From NCBI RefSeq assembly GCF_009914755.1, contig NC_060928.1: DNA of 64,000 nt. One strand, given 5' to 3'. Position numbers and translations under genes: made by a program. Below are positions 12,501 through 28,900 of this stretch, piece after piece. This DNA comes from the human T2T-CHM13v2.0 reference genome, Homo sapiens. Numbering within the stretch: the first letter of the stretch is position 1; every line of letters starts with the position of its first letter. The notes beneath the pieces were generated by a model. That model was not told the origin of the DNA. It made no database searches and saw only the letters and a list, made by a program, of their open reading frames with translations.

Positions 12501-14798
12501 TACAGTATATAATACATACTTTGGGTACTTTGATATTTTATATACAGTATATAATACATACTTTGGGTACTTTCATATTTTATGTACAGTATATTATATA
12601 TAGTTTGGGTACTTTGATATTTTATCTACAGCTTATAATACATACTTTGGGTACTTTGATATTTTATGTACAGTATATAATACATACTTTGGGTAGTTTG
12701 ATATTTTATGTACAGTATACAATATATAGTTTGAGTACTTTGATATTTTATGTGCAGTATAAAATATATAGTTTTGGTACTTTGAAATTTTATGTACAGT
12801 TTATAGTTTGAGTACTTTGATATTTTATGTACAGTTTATTATAAATGTTTGGGTACTTTCATATTTGATGTACAGTATATAATACATAATTTGGGCACTT
12901 TGATATTTTATGTACAGTATATAATACATACTTTGGGTACTTTTCTATTTTATGTACAGTATATAATACATACTTTGTTTACTTTGATATTTAATGTACA
13001 GTATATAATACACACTTTGCGTACTTTGATATTTTATGTAAAGCATGTAATACATAATTTGGGCAGTTTGATATTTTATGTACAGTATGTAATACACACT
13101 TTGGGTACTTTGATATTTTATGTACAGTATGTAAAACATACTTTGGGTAGTTTGATATATTATGTACAGTATATAATGCAAACTTTGTGTACTCTGATAT
13201 TTTATGTACAGTGTATAATACGTACTTTGGGTACTTTGATATTTTATGTACAGTATATAATACATACATTGGGTACTTTGATATATTATGTACAGTATAT
13301 AATACTTACTTGGGGTACTTTGATATTTTATGTACAGTATATAATACATACTTTGTGTACTTTGATATTTTATGTATAGTATATAATGCATACTTTGGGT
13401 ACTTTGATATTTTATGTACAGTATATAATGCATACTTTGGGTACTTTGATATTTTATGTACAGTATGTAATACATACTTTGGGTACTTTGATATTTTATG
13501 TATAGTATATAATACATACTTTGTGTAGTTTGATATTTTATGTACAGTATACAATATATAGTTTGAGTACTTTGATATTTTATGTCCAGTATAAAATATA
13601 TAGTTTTCCTAATTGATATTTTATGTACAGAATATAGTTTGAGTACTTTGATATTTTATGTACACTTTATTATAAATGTTTGGGTACTTTCACATTTTAT
13701 GTACAGTATATAATACATACGTTGGTCTCTTTGATGTTTTATGTACAGTATATAATACATACTTTGGGTTCTTTGATATTTTATGTGCAGAATATAATGC
13801 ATAGTTTTAGGTACTTTTATATTTTATGTACAGTATATAATACATACTTTGGGTACTTTGATATTTTATGTACAGTATATAATACATACTTTGGGTACTT
13901 TGATATTTTATGTACAGTATATAATACATATTATTGGTACTTTGATATTTTATGTACAGTATACAATATATAGTTTGAGTACTTTGATATTTTATGTCCA
14001 GTATAAAATACATAGATTTCATACTTTGATATTTTATGTACAGAATATAGTTTGAGTACTTTGATATTTTATGTACACTTTATCATAAAAGTTTGGGTAC
14101 TTTCATATTTTACGTACAGTATATAATACATACTTTGGGCACTTTGATGTTTTATGTACAGTATATAATACATACTTTGGGTTCTTTGATATGTTATGTA
14201 CAGCATATAATACATAATTTGGGGACTTTTATATTTTATGTACATTATATTATACATACTTTGGGTACTTTTATATTTTATGTACGGTATATAATACACA
14301 CTTTGGGTACTTTGATATATTATGTACAGTATATAATACATACTTTGGGTACTTTGATATATTATGTACAGTATATAATACATAATAAGGGTACTTTGAC
14401 ATTTTATGTACAGTACATAATACATACTTTCGGTACTTTGATATTTTATGTACAGTATATAATGCATACTTTGGATACTTTGATATTTTATGTACAGTAT
14501 ATAATACATACTTTGGGTACTTTTATATTTTATGTACAGTATATAATATATAGTTTGGGTACTTTGATATTTTATGTACGGTATATAATACATACTTTGG
14601 GTACTTTGATATTTTATATACAGTATATAATACATACTTTGGGTACTCTGATATTTTATGTACAGTATACAATATATAGTTTGAATACTTTGATATTTTA
14701 TGTACTGTATAAAATATATAGTTTTCGTACTTTGATATTTTATGTACAATATATAGTTTGAGTACTTTGATATTTTATGTACAGTTTTTTATAAATGT

Positions 14799-17700
14799 TT
14801 GGGTGCTTTCATATTTTATGTACAGTATATAATACATACAAAGGGCACTTTGATATTTTATGTACAGTATATAATACATACTTTGGGTACTCTGATATTT
14901 TATGTACAGTGTATAATACATACTTTGGGTACTTTGATATTTTATGTACAATATATAATACATACGTTGGGAACTTTGATATATTATGTACAGTATATAA
15001 TACATACTTTGGGTACTTTGATATTTTATCTACAGTATACAACACATAGTTTGTGTACTTTGATATTTTATGTACACTATATAATACATACTTTAGGTAC
15101 TTTGATATTTTATGTACAGTATATAATACATACTTTGGGTACTTTCATATTTTATGTACAGTATATAATATATAGTTTGGGTACTTTGATATTTTATCTA
15201 CAGCTTATAATACATACTTTGGGTACTTTGATACTTTATGTACAGTACATAATACATACTTTGGGTACTTTGATATTTTATGTACAGTATACAATATATA
15301 GTTTGAGTACTTTGATATTTTATGTGCAGTATAAAATATATAGTTTTGGTACTTTGATATTTTATGTACAGTTTATAGTTTGAGTACTTTGATATTTTAT
15401 GTACAGTTTATTATAAATGTTTGGGTACTTTCATATTTGATGTACAGCATATAATACATAATTTGGGCACTTTGATATTTTATGTACAGTATATAATACA
15501 TACTTTGGGTACTTTTATATTTTATGTACAGTATATAATACATACTTTGGGTACTTTGATATTTAATGTACAGTATATAATACACACTTTGCGTACTTTG
15601 ATATTTTATGTAAAGCATGTAATACATACTTTGGGCAGTTTGATATTTTATGTACAGTATGTAATACACAATTTGGGTACTTTGATATTTTATGTACAGT
15701 ATGTAAAACATACTTTGGGTAGTTTGATATATTATGTACAGTATATAATACATACTTTGGGTACTCTGATATTTTATGTACAGTGTATAATACATACCTT
15801 GGGTACTTTGATATTTTATGTACAGTATATAATACATACATTGGGTACTTTGATATATTATGTACAGTATATAATACTTACTTGGGGTACTTTGATATTT
15901 TATGTACAGTATATAATACATACTTTGTGTACTTTGATATTTTATGTACAGTATGTAACACATACTTTGGGTACTTTTATATTTTATGTACAGTATATAA
16001 TACATACTTTGGGTATCTTGATATTTTATGTACAGTATATAATGCATACTTTGAGTACTTTGATATTTTATGTACAGTATGTAATACATACTTTGGGTAC
16101 TTTGATATTTTATGTATAGTATATAATACATACTTTGTGTAGTTTGATATTTTATGTACAGTATACAATATATAGTTTGAGTACTTTGATATTTTATGTC
16201 CAGTATAAAATATATAGTTTTCCTAATTGATATTTTATGTACAGAATATAGTTTGAGTACTTTGATATTTTATGTACACTTTATTATAAATGTTTGGGTA
16301 CTTTCATATTCTATGTACAGTATATAATACATACTTTGGTCTCTTTGATGTTTTATGTACAGTATATAATACATACTTTGGGTTCTTTGATATTTTATGT
16401 GCAGAATATAATGCATAGTTTTAGGTACTTTTATATTTATGTACAGTATATAATACATACTTTGGGTACTTTGATATTTTATGTACAGTATATAATACAT
16501 ACTTTGGGAACTTTGATATTTTATGTACAGTATGTAATACATACTTTGGGTACTTTGATATTTTATGTACAGTATATAATACATATTATTGGTACTTTGA
16601 TATTTTATGTACAGTATACAATATATAGTTTGAGTACTTTGATATTTTATGTCCAGTATAAAATACATAGATTTCATACTTTGATATTTTATGTACAGAA
16701 TATAGTTTGAGTACTTTGATATTTTATGTACACTTTATCATAAAAGTTTGGGTACTTTCATATTTTACGTACAGTATATAATACATACTTTGGGCACTTT
16801 GATGTTTTATGTACAGTATATAATACATACTTTGGGTTCTTTGACATGTTATGTACAGCATATAGTACATAATTTGGGGACTTTTATATTTTATGTACAT
16901 TATATAATACATACTTTGGGTACTTTTATATTTTATATACGGTATATAATACATACTTTGGGTACTTTGATATATTATGTACAGTATATAATACATACTT
17001 TGGGTACTTTGATATATTATGTACAGTATATAATACATAGTTAGGGTACTTTGACATTTTATGTACAGTACATAATACATACTTTGGGTACTTTGATATT
17101 TTATGTACAGTATATAATACATACTTTGGGTACTTTGATATTTTATGTACAGTATATAATACATGTTTTGGGTACTTTTACATTTTATGTACAGTATAAA
17201 ATATATAGTTTGGGTACTTTGATATTTTATGTACGGTATATAATACATACTTTGGGTACTTTGATATTTTATGTACAGTATATAATACATACTTTGGGTA
17301 CTTTGATATTTTATGTACAGTATATAATACATACTTTGGGTACTTTGATATTTAATGTACAGTATATAATACACACTTTGCGTACTTTGATATTTTATGT
17401 AAAGTATGTAATACATACTTTGGGTACTTTGATATTTTATGTACAGTATGTAATACACGCTTTGGGTACTTTGATATTTTATGTAGAGTATGTAAAACAT
17501 ACTTTGGGTAGTTTGGTATTTTATGATCAGTATATAATACATATTTTGGGTACTTTGATATTTTATGTACAGTATATAATACATACTTTGGGTACTTTGA
17601 TATTTTATGTACAGTATATAATGCATAATTTGGGTACTTCAATAGTTTATGCACAGTATATAATACATACTTTGGGTAATTTGATATTTTATGTACAGTA

Positions 17701-20700
17701 TATAATGCATACTTTGGGTACTTTGATAGTTTATGTACAGTATACAATACATACTTTGGGTACTTTGATATTTTATGTACAGTATATAATATGTAGTTTG
17801 GGTACTTTGATATTTTAACTACAGTATATAATGCATACTTTGGGTACTTTGATAGTTTATCTACAGTATATAATAGATACTTTGGGTACTTTGATATATT
17901 ATGTACAGTATATAATACATAGTTTGGTTACTTTGATATTTTTTGTACAGTATGTAAAACATACTTTGGGGAGTTTGATATTTTATGAACAGTATATAAT
18001 ACACATTTTGGGTACTTTGATATTTTATGTACGGTATATAATACATACTTTGGGTACTTTGATATTTTATGTACAGTATATAATTCATACTTTGGGTACT
18101 TTGATATTTTATGTACAGTATATAATACATACATTGGGTACTTCGATATTTTATGTGCAGTACCCTATATATAGTTTGGGTACTTTGATATTTTATGTCC
18201 AGTATAAAATAAATAGTTTTGGTACTTTGATATTTTATGTACAGTATATAGTTTGAGTACTTTGATATTTAATGTTCAGTTTATTATAAATGTTTGGGTG
18301 CTTTCATATTTTATATACAGTATATAATACATACTTTCGGCACTTTGATATTTTCTGTACAGTATATAATACATACTTTGGGTACTTTGATATTTTATGT
18401 ATGGTATATAATACATACATTGGGTACTTTGATATTTTATGTAAAGTATATAATATATAGTTTGGTTACTTTGATATTTTATATACAGTATATAATATAT
18501 ATTATGTGTACTTTGATATATTATGTACAGTATATAATATATAGTATGGGTTGTTTGATATTTTATGTACAGTATATAATATATAGTTTGGGTAGTTTGA
18601 TATTTTTAGTACAGTATGTAATATATAGTTTGTTTTATTTGATATTTTATGTACAGTATACAATATATAGTATTGGTACTTTGATATTTCATGTAAAGTA
18701 TATAGTTTGAGTACTTTGATATTTTATATGCAGTTTATTATAAATGTTTGGGTACCTTCATATTTTATGTACAGTATATAATACATACTTTGGGAACTTT
18801 TATTTTATGTGCAGTATATAATACATACTTTGGGTACTTTGATATTTCATGTACAGTATATAATACACACTTTGGGTACTTTGATATTTTATGTAGAGTA
18901 TATAATACACACTTTGGGTACTTTGATATTTTATGTACAGTATATAATACATACTTTGGGTACTTTGATGTATTATGTACAGTATATAATACATACTTTG
19001 GGTACTTTGATATTTTATGTACAGTATATAATACATACTATTGGTACTTTGATATTTTATGTACAGTATACAATATATAGTTTGAGGACTTTGATATTTT
19101 ATGTCCAGTATAAAATATATAGATTTCATACTTTGATATTTTATGTACTGAATGTAGTTTGAGTACTTTGATATTTTATGTACACTTTAATATAAAAGTT
19201 TGGGTACTTTCATATTTTACGTACAGTATATAATACATACTTTGGGCACTTTGATGTTTTATGTACAGTATATAATACATACTTTGGGTTCTTTGATATT
19301 TTATGTACAGCATATAATACATAATTTGGGGACTTATATTTTATGTACATTATATTATACATACTTTGGGTACTTTTATATTTTATGTACGGTATATAAT
19401 ACACACTTTGGGTACTTTGATATATTATGTACAGTATATAATACATACTTTGGGTACTTTGATATATTATGTACAGTATATAATACATACTAAGGGTACT
19501 TTGACATTTTATGTACAGTTCATAATACATACTTTGGGTACTTTGATATTTTATGTACAGTATGTAATGCATACTTTGGATACTTTGATATTTTATGTAC
19601 AGTATATAATACATACTTTGGGTACTTTTATATTTTATGTACAGTATATAATATATAGTTTGGGTACTTTGATATTTTATGTACGGTATATAATACATAC
19701 TTTGGGTACTTTGATATTTTATGTACAGTATATAATACATACTTTGGGTACTCTGATATTTTATGTACCGTATACAATATATAGTTTGAGTACTTTGATA
19801 TTTTATGTACTGTATAAAATATATAGTTTTCGTACTTTGATATTTTATGTACAGTATATAGTTTGAGTACTTTGATATTTTATGTACAGTTTATTATAAA
19901 TGTTTGGGTGCTTTCATATTTTATGTACAGTATATAATACATACAAAGGGCACTTTGTTATTTTATGTACAGTATATAATACATACTTTGGGTACTCTGA
20001 TATTTTATGTACAGTGTATAATACATACTTTGGGTACTTTGATATTTTATGTACAATATATAATACATACGTTGGGAACTTTGATATATTATGTACAGTA
20101 TATAATACATACTTTGGGTACTTTGATATTTTATCTACAGTATACAACACATAGTTTGTGTACTTTGATATTTTATGTACAGTATATAATACATACTTTG
20201 GGTACTTTGATATTTTATGTACAGTATATAATACATACTTTGGGTACTTTCATATTTTATGTACAGTATATAATACATAGTTTGGTTACTTTGATATTTT
20301 ATCTACAGCTTATAATACATACTTTGGATACTTTGATACTTTATGTACAGTATATAATACATACTTTGGGTACTTTGATATTTTATGTACAGTATACAAT
20401 ATATAGTTTGAGTACTTTGATATTTTATGTGCAGTATAAAATATATAGTTTTGGTACTTTCATATTTTATGTACAGTATATAGTTTGAGTACTTTGATAT
20501 TTTATGTACAGTTTTTTATAAATGTTTGGGTGCTTTCACATTTTATGTACAGTATATAATACATACTAAGGGCACTTTGATATTTTATGTACAGTATATA
20601 ATACATACTTCGGGTACTTTGATATTTTATGTACGTCATATAATATATAGTTTGGGTACTTTGATATTTTATGTACAGTATATAATACATACCTTGGGTA

Positions 20701-23700
20701 CTTTGATATTTTATGTACAGTACATAATATATAGTTTGGGTATGTTGATATTTTATGTACAGTATATAATACATACTTTGGGTACTTTGATATTTTATGT
20801 ACAGTATATAGTACATACTTTGGGAACTTTGATATTTTATGTACAGTATGTAAAACATACTTTGGTTACTTTGATATTTTATGTACATTATATAATACAT
20901 ACTATTGGTACTTTGATATTTTATGTACATTATACAATATATAGTTTGAGTACTTTGATATTTTATGTCCAGTATAAAATATATAGATTTCATGCTTTGA
21001 TATTTTATGTACAGAATATAGTTTGAGTACTTTGATATTTTATGTACAGTTTATTATAAAAGTTTGTGTACTTTCATATTTTACGTACAGTATATAATAC
21101 ATACTTTGGGCACTTTGATGTTTTATGTACAGTATATAATACATAATTTAGGTTCTTTTATATTTTATGTACAGCATATAATACAAAATTTGGGATCTTT
21201 TATATTTTATGTACATTATATAATACATACTTTGGGTACTTTTATATTTTATGTACGGTATATAATACATACTTTGGGTACTTTGATATATTATGTACAG
21301 TATATAATACATACTTTGGGTAATTTGATATATTATATACAGTATATAATACATACTTAGGGTACTTTGACATTTTATGTACAGTAAATAATACATACTT
21401 TGGGTACTTTGATATTTTATGAACAGTATATAATACATACTTTGGGTACTTTGATATTTTTTGTACTGTATATAATACATACTTTGGGTACTTTTATATT
21501 TTATGTACAGTATATAATATATAGTTTGGGTACTTTGATATTTTATGTACGGTATATAATACATACTTTGGGTACTTTGATATTTTATGTATAGTATATA
21601 ATACATACTTTGGGTACTTTGATATTGTATGTACAGTATACAATATATAGTTTGAGTTCTTTGATATTTTATGTACTGTATAAAATATATAGTTTTTGTA
21701 CTTTGATATTTTATGTATAGTATATAGTTTGAGTACTTTGATATTTTATGTACAGTTTTTTATAAATATTTGGGTGCCTTCATATTTTATGTACAGTATA
21801 TAATACATACTAAGCGCACTTTGATATTTTATGTACAGTATATAATACATACTTTGGTTACTCTGATATTTTATGTACAGTGTATAATACATACTTTGGG
21901 TACTTTGATATTTTATGTACAATATATAATACATACGTTGGGAACTTTGATATATTATGTACAGTATATAATACATACTTTGGTACTTTGATATTTTATG
22001 CACAGTATATAATACATAGTTTGTGTACTTTGATATTTTATGTACAGTATATAATACATACTTTGGGTACCTTGATATTTTATATACAGTATATAATACA
22101 TACTTTGGGTACTTTCATATTTTATGTACAGTATATAATATATAGTTTGGGTACTTTGATATTTTATCTACAGCTTATAATACATACTTTGGGTACTTTG
22201 ATACTTTATGTACAGTACATAATACATACTTTGGGTACTTTGATATTTTATGTACAGTATACAATATATAGTTTGAGTACTTTGATATTTTATGTGCAGT
22301 ATAAAATATATAGTTTTGGTACTTTGATATTTTATGTACAGTTTATAGTTTGAGTACTTTGATATTTTATGTACAGTTTATTATAAATGTTTGGGTACTT
22401 TCATATTTGATGTACAGTATATAATACATAATTTGGGCACTTTGATATTTTATGTACAGTATATAATACATACTTTGGGTACTTTTGTATTTTATGTACA
22501 GTATATAATACATACTTTTGGTACTTTGATATTTAATGTACAGTATATAATACACACTTTGCGTACTTTGATATTTTATGTAAAGCATGTAATACATACT
22601 TTGGGCAGTTTGATATTTTATGTACAGTATGTAATACACAATTTGGGTACTTTGATATTTTATGTACAGTATGTAAAACATACTTTGGGTAGTTTGATAT
22701 ATTATGTACAGTATATAATACATACTTTGGGTACTCTGATATTTTATATACAGTGTATAATACATACTTTGGGTACTTTGATATTTTATGTACAGTATAT
22801 AATACATACATTGGGTACTTTGATATATTATGTACAGTATATAATACTTACTTGGGGTACTTTGATATTTTATGTACAGTATATAATACATACTTTGTGT
22901 ACTTTGATATTTTATGTACAGTATATAACACATACTTTGGGTACTTTGATATTTTATGTACAGCATATAATACATACTTTGGGTATCTTGATATTTTATG
23001 AACAGTATATAATGCATACTTTGAGTACTTTGATATTTTATGTACAGTATGTAATACATACTTTGGGTACTTTGATATTTTATGTATAGTATATAATACA
23101 TACTTTGTGTAGTTTGATATTTTATGTACAGTATACAATATATAGTTTGAGTACTTTGATATTTTATGTCCAGTATAAATTATATAGTTTTCCTAATTGA
23201 TATTTTATGTACAGAATATAGTTTGAGTACTTTGATATTTTATGTACACTTTATTATAAATGTTTGGGTACTTTCATATTCTATGAACAGTATATAATAC
23301 ATACTTTGGTCTCTTTGATGTTTTATGAACAGTATATAATACATACTTTGGGTTCTTTGATATTTTATGTACAGAATATAATGCATAGTTTTAGGTACTT
23401 TTATATTTATGTACAGTATATAATACATACTTTGGGTACTTTGATATTTTATGTACAGTATATAATACATACTTTGGGAACTTTGATATTTTATGTACAG
23501 TATGTAATACATACTTTGGGTACTTTGATATTTTATGTACAGTATATAATACATATTATTGGTACTTTGATATTTTATGTACAGTATACAATATATAGTT
23601 TGAGTACTTTGATATTTTATGTCCAGTATAAAATACATAGATTTCATACTTTGATATTTTATGTACAGAATATAGTTTGAGTACTTTGATATTTTATGTA

Positions 23701-25900
23701 CACTTTATCATAAAAGTTTGGGTACTTTCATATTTTACGTACAGTATATAATACATACTTTGGGCACTTTGATGTTTTATGTACAGTATATAATACATAC
23801 TTTGGGTTCTTTGATATGTTATGTACAGCATATAGTACATAATTTGGGGACTTTTATATTTTATGTACATTATATAATACATACTTTGCGTACTTTTATA
23901 TTTTATGTACGGTATATAATACATACTTTGGGTACTTTGATATATTATGTACAGTATATAATACATACTTTGGGTACTTTGATATATTATGTACAGTATA
24001 TAATACATACTTAGGGTACTTTGACATTTTATGTACAGTACATAATACATACTTTGGGTACTTTGATATTTTATGTACAGTATATAATACATACTTTGGG
24101 TACTTTGATATTTTATGTACAGTATATAATACATGTTTTGGGTACTTTTACATTTTATGTACAGTATATAATATATAGTTTGGGTACTTTGATATTTTAT
24201 GTACGGTATATAATACATACTTTGGGTACTTTGATATTTTATGTACAGTATATAATACATACTTTGGGTACTTTGATAATTTATGTACAGTATATAATAC
24301 ATACTTTGGGTACTTTGATATTTAATGTACAGTATATAATACACACTTTGCGTACTTTGATATTTTATGTAAAGTATGTAATACATACTTTGGGTACTTT
24401 GATATTTTATGTACAGTATGTAATACACGCTTTGGGTACTTTGATATTTTATGTAGAGTATGTAAAACATACTTTGGGTAGTTTGTTATTTTATGATCAG
24501 TATATAATACATACTTTGGGTACTTTGATATTTTATGTACAGTATATAATACATACTTTGGGTACTTTGATATTTTATGTACAGTATATAATGCATAATT
24601 TGGGTACTTCAATAGTTTATGCACAGTATATAATACATACTTTGGGTAATTTGATATTTTATGTACAGTATATAATGCATACTTTGGGTACTTTGATAGT
24701 TTATGTACAGTATACAATACATACTTTGGGTACTTTGATATTTTATGTACAGTATATAATATGTAGTTTGGGTACTTTGATATTTTAACTACAGTATATA
24801 ATACATACTTTGGGTACTTTGATATTTTATCTACAGTATATAATAGATACTTTGGGTACTTTGATATATTATGTACAGTATATAATACATAGTTTGGTTA
24901 CTTTGATATTTTTTGTACAGTATGTAAAACATACTTTGGGGAGTTTGATATTTTATGAACAGTATATAATACACATTTTGGGTACTTTGATATTTTATGT
25001 ACGGTATATAATACATACTTTGGGTACTTTGATATTTTATGTACAGTATATAATTCATACTTTGGGTACTTTGATATTTTATGTACAGTATATAATACAT
25101 ACATTGGGTACTTCGATATTTTATGTGCAGTACCCTATATATAGTTTGGGTACTTTGATATTTTATGTCCAGTATAAAATAAATAGTTTTGGTACTTTGA
25201 TATTTTATGTACAGTATATAGTTTGAGTACTTTGATATTTAATGTTCAGTTTATTATAAATGTTTGGGTGCTTTCATATTTTATATACAGTATATAATAC
25301 ATACTTTGGGCACTTTGATATTTTCTGTACAGTATATAATACATACTTTGGGTACTTTGATATTTTATGTACGGTATATAATACATACATTGGGTACTTT
25401 GATATTTTATGTACAGTATATAATATATAGTTTGGTTACTTTGATATTTTATAGACAGTATATAATATATATTATGTGTACTTTGATATATTATGTACAG
25501 TATATAATATATAGTATGGGTTGTTTGATATTTTATGTACAGTATATAATATATAGTTTGGGTAGTTTGATATTTTTAGTACAGTATGTAATATATAGTT
25601 TGTTTTATTTGATATTTTATGTACAGTATACAATATATAGTATTGGTACTTTGATATTTCATGTAAAGTATATAGTTTGAGTACTTTGATATTTTATATG
25701 CAGTTTATTATAAATGTTTGGGTACCTTCATATTTTATGTACAGTATATAATACATACTTTGGGAACTTTTATTTTATGTGCAGTATATAATACATACTT
25801 TGGGTACTTTGATATTTCATGTACAGTATATAATACACACTTTGGGTACTTTGATATTTTATGTACAGTATATAATACACACTTTGGGTAGTTTGATATT
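14799..25900. repeat. ~4.2-kb segment duplicated at a 6,970-bp offset (~14.8-19.0 kb vs ~21.8-25.9 kb)
   Basis: Paralogous ORFs 15421/22391, 16294/23264, 16748/23718, 17051/24021 and 18294/25264 all differ by 6970. Both copies share a compensating 1-bp deletion (TTTTATATTTAT at ~16435 and ~23405). Confidence 0.85.
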
Positions 25901-28900
25901 TTATGTACAGTATATAATACATACTTTGGGTACTTTGATGTATTATGTACAGTATATAATACATACTTTGGGTACTTTGATATTTTATGTACAGTATATA
26001 ATACATACTTTGGGTACTTTGATATTTTATGTACAGTATGTAATACACACTTTGGGTACTTTGATATTTTATGTACAGTATGTAAAACATACTTTGGGTA
26101 GTTTGATATATTATGTACAGTATATAATACATACTTTGGGTACTCTGATATTTTATGTACAGTGTATAATACATACTTTGGGTACTTTGATATTTTATGT
26201 ACAGTATATAATACATACATTGGGTACTTTGATATATTATGTACAGTATATAATACTTACTTGGGGTATCTTGATATTTTATGTACAGTATATAATGCAT
26301 ACTTTGGGTACTTTGATATTTTATGTACAGTATATAATGCATACTTTGAGTACTTTGATATTTTATGTACAGTATGTAATACATACTTTGGGTACTTTGA
26401 TATTTTATGTATAGTATATAATACATACTTTGTGTAGTTTGATATTTTATGTACAGTATACAATATATAGTTTGAGTACTTTGATATTTTATGTCCAGTA
26501 TAAAATATATAGTTTTCCTAATTGATATTTTATGTACAGAATATAGTTTGAGTACTTTGATATTTTATGTACACTTTATTATAAATGTTTGGGTACTTTC
26601 ATATTTTATGTACAGTATATAATACATACTTTGGTCTCTTTGATGTTTTATGTACAGTATATAATACATACTTTGTGTTCTTTGATATTTTATGTGCAGA
26701 ATATAATGCATAGTTTTAGGTACTTTTATATTTTATGTACAGTATATAATACATACTTTGGGTACTTTGATATTTTATGTACAGTATATAATACATACTT
26801 TGGGTACTTTGATATTTTATGTACAGTATATAATACATATTATTGGTACTTTGATATTTTATGTACAGTATACAATATATAGTTTGAGTACTTTGATATT
26901 TTATGTCCAGTATAAAATACGTAGATTTCATACTTTGATATTTTATGTACAGAATATAGTTTGAGTACTTTGATATTTTATGTACACTTTATCATAAAAG
27001 TTTGGGTACTTTCATATTTTACGTACAGTATATAATATATACTTTGGGCACTTTGATGTTTTATGTACAGTATATAATACATACTTTGGGTTCTTTGATA
27101 TGTTATGTACAGCATATACTACATAATTTGGGGACTTTTATATTTTATGTACATTATATAATACATACTTTGGGTACTTTTATATTTTATGTACGGTATA
27201 TAATACATACTTTGGGTACTTTGATATATTATGTACAGTATATAATACATACTTTGGGTACTTTGATATATTATGTACAGTATATAATACATACTTAGGG
27301 TTCTTTGACATTTTATGTACAGTACATAATACATACTTTGGGTACTTTGATATTTTATGTACAGTATATAATACATACTTTGGGTACTTTGATATTTTAT
27401 GTACAGTATATAATTCATGTTTTGGGTACTTTTACATTTTATGTACAGTATATAATATATAGTTTGGGTACTTTGATATTTTATGTACGGTATATAATAC
27501 ATACTTTGGGTACTTTGATATTTTATGTACAGTATATAATACATACTTTGGGTACTTTGATAATTTATGTACAGTATATAATACATACTTTTGGTACTTT
27601 GATATTTAATGTACAGTATATAATACACACTTTGCATACTTTGATATTTTATGTAAAGTATGTAATACATACTTTGGGTACTTTGATATTTTATGTACAG
27701 TATGTAATACACGCTTTGGGTACTTTGATATTTTATGTAGAGTATGTAAAACATACTTTGGGTAGTTTGTTATTTTATGATCAGTATATAATACATATTT
27801 TGGGTACTTTGATATTTTATGTACAGTATATAATACATACTTTGGGTACTTTGATATTTTATGTACAGTATATAATGTATAATTTGGGTACTTCAATAGT
27901 TTATGCACAGTATATAATACATACTTTGTGTAATTTGATATTTTATGTACAGTATATAATGCATACTTTGGGTACTTTGATAGTTTATGTACAGTATACA
28001 ATACATACTTTGGGTACTTTGATATTTTATGTACAGTATATAATATGTAGTTTGGGTACTTTGATATTTTAACTACAGTATATAATACATACTTTGGGTA
28101 CTTTGATATTTTATCTACAGTATATAATAGATACTTTGGGTACTTTGATATATTATGTACAGTATATAATACATAGTTTGGTTACTTTGATATTTTTTGT
28201 ACAGTATGTAAAACATACTTTGGGGAGTTTGATATTTTATGAACAGTATATAATACACATTTTGGGTACTTTGATATTTTATGTACGGTATATAATACAT
28301 ACTTTGGGTACTTTGATATTTTATGTACAGTATATAATTCATACTTTGGGTACTTTGATATTTTATGTACAGTATATAATACATACATTGGGTACTTCGA
28401 TATTTTATGTGCAGTACCCTATATATAGTTTGGGTACTTTGATATTTTATGTCCAGTATAAAATAAATAGTTTTGGTACTTTGATATTTTATGTACAGTA
28501 TATAGTTTGAGTACTTTGATATTTAATGTTCAGTTTATTATAAATGTTTGGGTGCTTTCATATTTTATATACAGTATATAATACATACTTTGGGCACTTT
28601 GATATTTTCTGTACAGTATATAATACATACTTTGGGTACTTTGATATTTTATGTACGGTATATAATACATACATTGGGTACTTTGATATTTTATGTACAG
28701 TATATAATATATAGTTTGGTTACTTTGATATTTTATAGACAGTATATAATATATATTATGTGTACTTTGATATATTATGTACAGTATATAATATATAGTA
28801 TGGGTTGTTTGATATTTTATGTACAGTATATAATATATAGTTTGGGTAGTTTGATATTTTTAGTACAGTATGTAATATATAGTTTGTTTTATTTGATATT